DNA of 52,837 bases. Source: Methanotrichaceae archaeon (GTDB lineage: Archaea > Halobacteriota > Methanosarcinia > Methanotrichales > Methanotrichaceae). Below the pieces are notes generated by a model. The model worked only from the letters and a program-made list of their open reading frames with translations. It was not told the origin of the DNA and did no database searches. The stretch is from contig CAWDLW010000034.1 in the NCBI GenBank assembly GCA_963803145.1, positions 1-52,837 of the forward strand. Reading direction: 5' to 3'. The position numbers and the translations under genes are program-made. Below, piece by piece: positions 48,393 to 52,837 of this stretch (positions are counted from its first letter, which is position 1; each line of letters starts with the position of its first letter).

Positions 48393-49772
48393 ATGGTTGA
48401 TGTGGTCATCGTGGGCGCCGGGCCTGCGGGAATGTTCGCAAGCCTTGAGCTATCCAAGACGAAGGCACATATCCTTCTGATAGATCAGGGCAGGGATATC
48501 TCTGAGAGAAATTGTCTTATGAAGGATAAAGGGCATTGCCTACATTGCGATCCATGCCATATTATGTGCGGCGTAGGCGGTGCAGGAACCTATTCAGATG
48601 GCCTTCTCAACCTTCATCCGGATATTGGCGGCAACCTTGAACGTCTGGCTGATGACGATGCCTGGGATCTTGTAGATGAAGTTGATTCCGTATTCTTGAG
48701 ATATGGCGCGCCATCTGAAATACAGGTGCCGTCCTCCGAGGACGCTGAGATGCTGCGCCGAAAGGCTGCTGCGGCAGGCGCCCGATTCATCCCTATAAAA
48801 CAACGCCATATGGGCTCAGATAGGACTCCGGAGATCATCGAAGCATTCAAGAGAGATCTCGAAAAGAGAGGGGTTAAATTTCTTCTCGCCGCCCGCGTTG
48901 TCGATCTAATAGTCGATGGCTCCCAATGTATGGGCATTAGGTTGGAAGATGGAACTGAGATCAGGGCCAACAGCACACTTCTTGCGATGGGCAGAGTCGG
49001 CGCACAGACAATAGGAGAGCTTATCGATAGATATTCAATAAAAGCCAGATACGGGCCGCTGGATGTTGGAGTTAGAGTTGAGGTTCCATCGATAATAATG
49101 GATCCTGTGACCAATATAAATCGCGATCCAAAGTTCCATATCATCACTCATAGATACGATGATTTTGTGAGGACATTCTGTACAAACCCCGGTGGTTATG
49201 TTGTTAAAGAGGAGTACCCTGATTTCATAGCCACAAATGGCCATTCAATGACAGATCACCGCTCTGAGAATACCAACTTCGCATTCCTGGTGCGTCTCAC
49301 GCTGACAGAGCCTGTTGAGAATACTACAGCTTACGGTATGTCCATAGCCAAGCTCGTAACCACCATCGGCGGCAGGAGGCCGGTGATACAAAGATTGGGA
49401 GATCTTCATCGTGGGCGAAGATCGACTGGTGACAGGATAGCCAGAAACCCAGTCAGGAACACACTGAAGGATGTCACACCCGGCGATATATCCATGGCCC
49501 TGCCCCAGAGAATCGTCATGGATATCATTGAAGGCTTGGAGATATTGAATGAGATTGTACCAGGCGTTAATTCAGACTCAACCTTGCTCTATGCACCTGA
49601 AATCAAGTTTTATGCCAGGGAAATAGGCGTTGATGAGAAGCTCCAGACAAATATACGAAACCTTTATGTGGCTGGGGACGGCGCAGGATTATCCAGAGGG
49701 ATAGTGACTGCTGCGGCAACGGGTCTTCTGGCAGGAAGAGGCATAGCATCGGATATGGGCCTTAAAATATAA
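48393..49772 (+). CDS. NAD(P)/FAD-dependent oxidoreductase (COG2509-like)
   Basis: GAGPAG, GGAGTYSDG, RTFCTNPGG, GDGAGLSRGI. Confidence 0.9.
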   Translation: MVDVVIVGAGPAGMFASLELSKTKAHILLIDQGRDISERNCLMKDKGHCLHCDPCHIMCGVGGAGTYSDGLLNLHPDIGGNLERLADDDAWDLVDEVDSVFLRYGAPSEIQVPSSEDAEMLRRKAAAAGARFIPIKQRHMGSDRTPEIIEAFKRDLEKRGVKFLLAARVVDLIVDGSQCMGIRLEDGTEIRANSTLLAMGRVGAQTIGELIDRYSIKARYGPLDVGVRVEVPSIIMDPVTNINRDPKFHIITHRYDDFVRTFCTNPGGYVVKEEYPDFIATNGHSMTDHRSENTNFAFLVRLTLTEPVENTTAYGMSIAKLVTTIGGRRPVIQRLGDLHRGRRSTGDRIARNPVRNTLKDVTPGDISMALPQRIVMDIIEGLEILNEIVPGVNSDSTLLYAPEIKFYAREIGVDEKLQTNIRNLYVAGDGAGLSRGIVTAAATGLLAGRGIASDMGLKI

Positions 49773-49858
49773 CCGTGGAATTAAGGCTATAACTAAGGCC
49801 TGATTCTGCCTGTCGATTCAAAACGTTTATGAGGATAGAGCCTTTTCTGGTCAATTTG

Positions 49859-52616
49859 ATGTCTAAGAGATCTGTGGATAAAGAGAATAAAGTCAAAAAG
49901 GCTATCGAGCCGGAAGCATCAGGAGTGCCTCTTAATATCGCCGAAGGGCCTGTACAGGAGCCTGAAGGCGGGATGAAGGCAGACCTATACTGGTATGCCG
50001 GCCTGTTTTTAGCGTTTCTGTTCTCACTTTACTTGCGTGTAGTCAGACCAATGGGCTCTGTCTTTGTAGGCGATACAGTTCGTTTCAGCAGCGAGACTGA
50101 TGCATGGTATCATATGATGCTTGCAAAGAGCACGGTGATCAACCTGCAGCGCCTCTGGTTCGATCCTATGACCAACTTCCCTTACGGCACCGCCCTTCAC
50201 TTTGGACCATTCAATAGCTGGACGATAGCTATATTCTCCCTTATCTTCGGCTTAGGGCATCCAAGCATGCATACAATCGAGGTGATTGGTGCACTTCTGC
50301 CTGCAGTCCTTGGAGCGCTTCTAGTGTTTCCCGTATATCTGATCGGGAAGGAGCTTGGAGGCAAAAGCAGTGGCCTAATATCGGCTCTTATAATGGCGGT
50401 ATTACCTGGAACACTATTTGCGCGGACAACTCTGGGATTCACAGATCATCATGCAGCCGAGATTTTCCTCAGCACATTGACGATGGCATTCTTCCTGATG
50501 TCAGTGCGCTCTGGCAAAGGCATGACTTTAGCCTCTGTTCAAAAAAGTTGGTCGGACTTCAGGATGCCTCTCCTTTATTCCGCATTAGCAGGCATATCTC
50601 TTGGGCTATACATAGATGCCTGGTCATCAGGCTTTCTATTTGAGGGCATAATTCTGGCATTCATAATGATTCAGAGTGTGGCCGATCACCTCAAGGGAAG
50701 GGGTGTTGAGCATCTTAGCATATCAGGCGCGCTCACATTCTTTGTAGCTGCACTTCTGGTTCTGCCATTTGTGAAGCTTTACAATGGGTTCAGCAACTAC
50801 ATGTATTCTCTTTTCCATCCCACGATCCTCATTCTGGGCGTCATCGCAGTGATCGTGATATCCTTCCTATCCAAGTTCCTGATAAAGAGAGATTTCAGCA
50901 AGTACTATTACCCAGGAATACTGGCAGGAATTATCGTGCTAGGGACGGTAATTCTTACTCTTATCGTGCCTCAGTTTACAAGACCTCTATTCAGTGGTAT
51001 AACTATAATGTTTCAGGCCAGGACCGGCGGTGCAGCGACTGTGGGAGAGGCATCTCCGTTCTTTGATTATGGCGGCGAATTCTCCTTGGCGAATGTGCAG
51101 CTCAACTTCCCAGGGTTAGCTAATATCGTCGTATTATCGCCATTTTTCCTGGCTCTCGCTGCATTAGTAGTGCTCCTTGTGAGGTACATCAGGAAAGACC
51201 AAAAGCCCACTGATCTCGCAATCATCACATGGTCGGTCATCATACTAATCCTCACACTAGCTCAAAACAGATTCGCATATTACTATGGCGTGAATGTGGC
51301 AATTCTCACAGGATTCTTAGCGATCTGGGCTCTCCAACAGGTTGGGTTCAATGAGCTAGATAAATGGAACATAGATACAAAGGATACTGCAAAGTTGCTA
51401 AACAACTTGAGAGTTCTGTTGGTAGCAGTAGTAATATTCCTAGTGGCGATATTTCCGAGCCTCCAGATGAGCATGGCGGTTTCTCAGTACCCGGGCACCT
51501 TGTATGATGAGTATCCCGACTGGGTTACATCCGCAAATTGGATTAAGGATAATACCCCGAGCCCAGGCCTCGATCTTTACAAGATTTATCAATATCCCTC
51601 ATCAGGAACGTTCTCCTATCCTGATACAGCCTATGGTATCATGTCCTGGTGGGACTACGGCCACATAATCGAAACAATTGGCGAGAGGATACCTAATGCA
51701 AATCCATTCCAAGAAGGCATAGGCAGTGTAACCAAAGGCGTGCCTGGTTCATCCCCCTTCTTCCTGGCCGAGAATGAATCACAAGCGGAAAGGGTCCTGA
51801 CGAATCTCGATAGGGAAGTCTCCATACATGAACACGAAATATATCATGATAGATTGGGAGATGGCGACAGGCAAGTTCTACGCAATAACGGCCTGGAGCA
51901 ATGTTCCAATAACCAATTATTATGGAATATTCTACCAGCCACAGGGTGATAAGCTCGTGCCAGTTAGCGTCTTCAGAGACCCGTTCTACAAGACAATGAC
52001 TGCTCGCCTGTTCTTCTTCGATGGAAGCGAGACACCTGTCACAGATGCCATTGGAATAGCCTACCAGATGGCAGAGCAGGATGGAACAAAGTTCCCAGTG
52101 ATCGCAGAGCAACCGTTGATATCCAAGAACTACAGCGAGCTTCTTGATTTTGTCAATGATAGCAAGAGCAAAGGATATCTATCTGAGATTGTGAGCAAGA
52201 GGGCTTACACATCCATGACCACTTCAGTTCCTCTTGAAGCGCTTCAGCATTTCAGGCTCGTACATGAGTCCGAATCCGTCGTGACATACGATGGCCAAAA
52301 GGACGTCAAGACCTTTGAGAATGTCCCGGGCGCTGTGATAAAGGGAACAGCACCTGTAGGAACTAAGGTCCTCATAGGGGTGCCTATCAAGACAAACAAA
52401 GACAGGGAATTCAACTACATACAGTCCAATACAACTGATTCGAAGGGCGAATTCACTCTCGTAGTTCCCTACTCGACTGAAGGTCCAGCTTCATGGGGCA
52501 CAAAGTTCGATACAGGTCCTTCAGGGCCTTATCAGCTGGTTGTAGGCGATAAGGTCTACGAGGTCAAGATCCCAGAGGAGTATGTTATGTCAGGTAGCGT
52601 AATTACTGTGGGGTAA
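49859..52616 (+). CDS. aglB: Oligosaccharyltransferase AglB, apparent +1 frameshift at ~51810-51818
   Basis: Multi-TM STT3 domain, DHH, WWDYG, NPFQ in ORF 49829-51949; DWEMATGK and C-terminal domains in ORF 51828-52616. Confidence 0.88.
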
Positions 52617-52623
52617 TTAAGAT

Positions 52624-52837
52624 ATGAAGCTCCTTGAGGAGATGAGCTGGCCTGAGATCGAAGCTGGTCTCAGGCAGACACAGACCATAATATTACCCAT
52701 CGGGGCAACAGAGGAGCATGGGCCACATCTGCCGATATTTACGGACACTATACAGGCGATTGAGGTGGCAAGGGAGGCTGCACGCAGGCGGGATATATTC
52801 CTCGCCCCGCCTGTACATTATGGCATCTGTCGCAGCA
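52624..52837 (+). CDS. Creatininase family protein, partial (runs off the window)
   Basis: MKLLEEMSWPEI...LPIGATEEHGPHLPIFTD. Confidence 0.85.
   Translation, partial: MKLLEEMSWPEIEAGLRQTQTIILPIGATEEHGPHLPIFTDTIQAIEVAREAARRRDIFLAPPVHYGICRS

Noticed and set aside
51800-51949. Programmed ribosomal frameshift in aglB
   Set aside because: A +1 shift is needed, no stimulatory structure is evident, and an indel error is simpler

Overview
Chromosomal window of a methanogenic euryarchaeon, most likely Methanothrix/Methanotrichaceae (inferred from stand-alone mcrC, phosphoribulokinase, GGGP synthase, tiaS, cgi121, dph5, aglB). Most of it is housekeeping, including SRP RNA, tRNA-Ile(GAT) and rpl40e. 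The first ~9.5 kb is accessory: a KpnI-like restriction-modification pair, an IS110 element whose non-coding end folds like a bridge RNA, and a three-gene cassette between ~340-bp diverged direct repeats. In that cassette a Bell-like helical protein (C-terminus), a small beta-sandwich protein (N-terminus) and an NB-ARC/TPR NLR (N-terminus) share the motif F-x-Q-x-x-Q-x-[VI]-x-G-P-Q-x-N-I. This suggests an archaeal amyloid-signalling immune system with an unexpected third member. Other highlights: a tRNA-Ser(CGA) with two non-canonical BHB introns (one resembling its own anticodon arm), a family of GC-rich structured repeats, a 14x15-bp in-frame repeat in tmk, an HSR1-type operator before cdc48, and TnpB remnants. 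Three same-phase frameshifts, including one in aglB, may be assembly errors. All homology calls come from motif recognition, not database searches.
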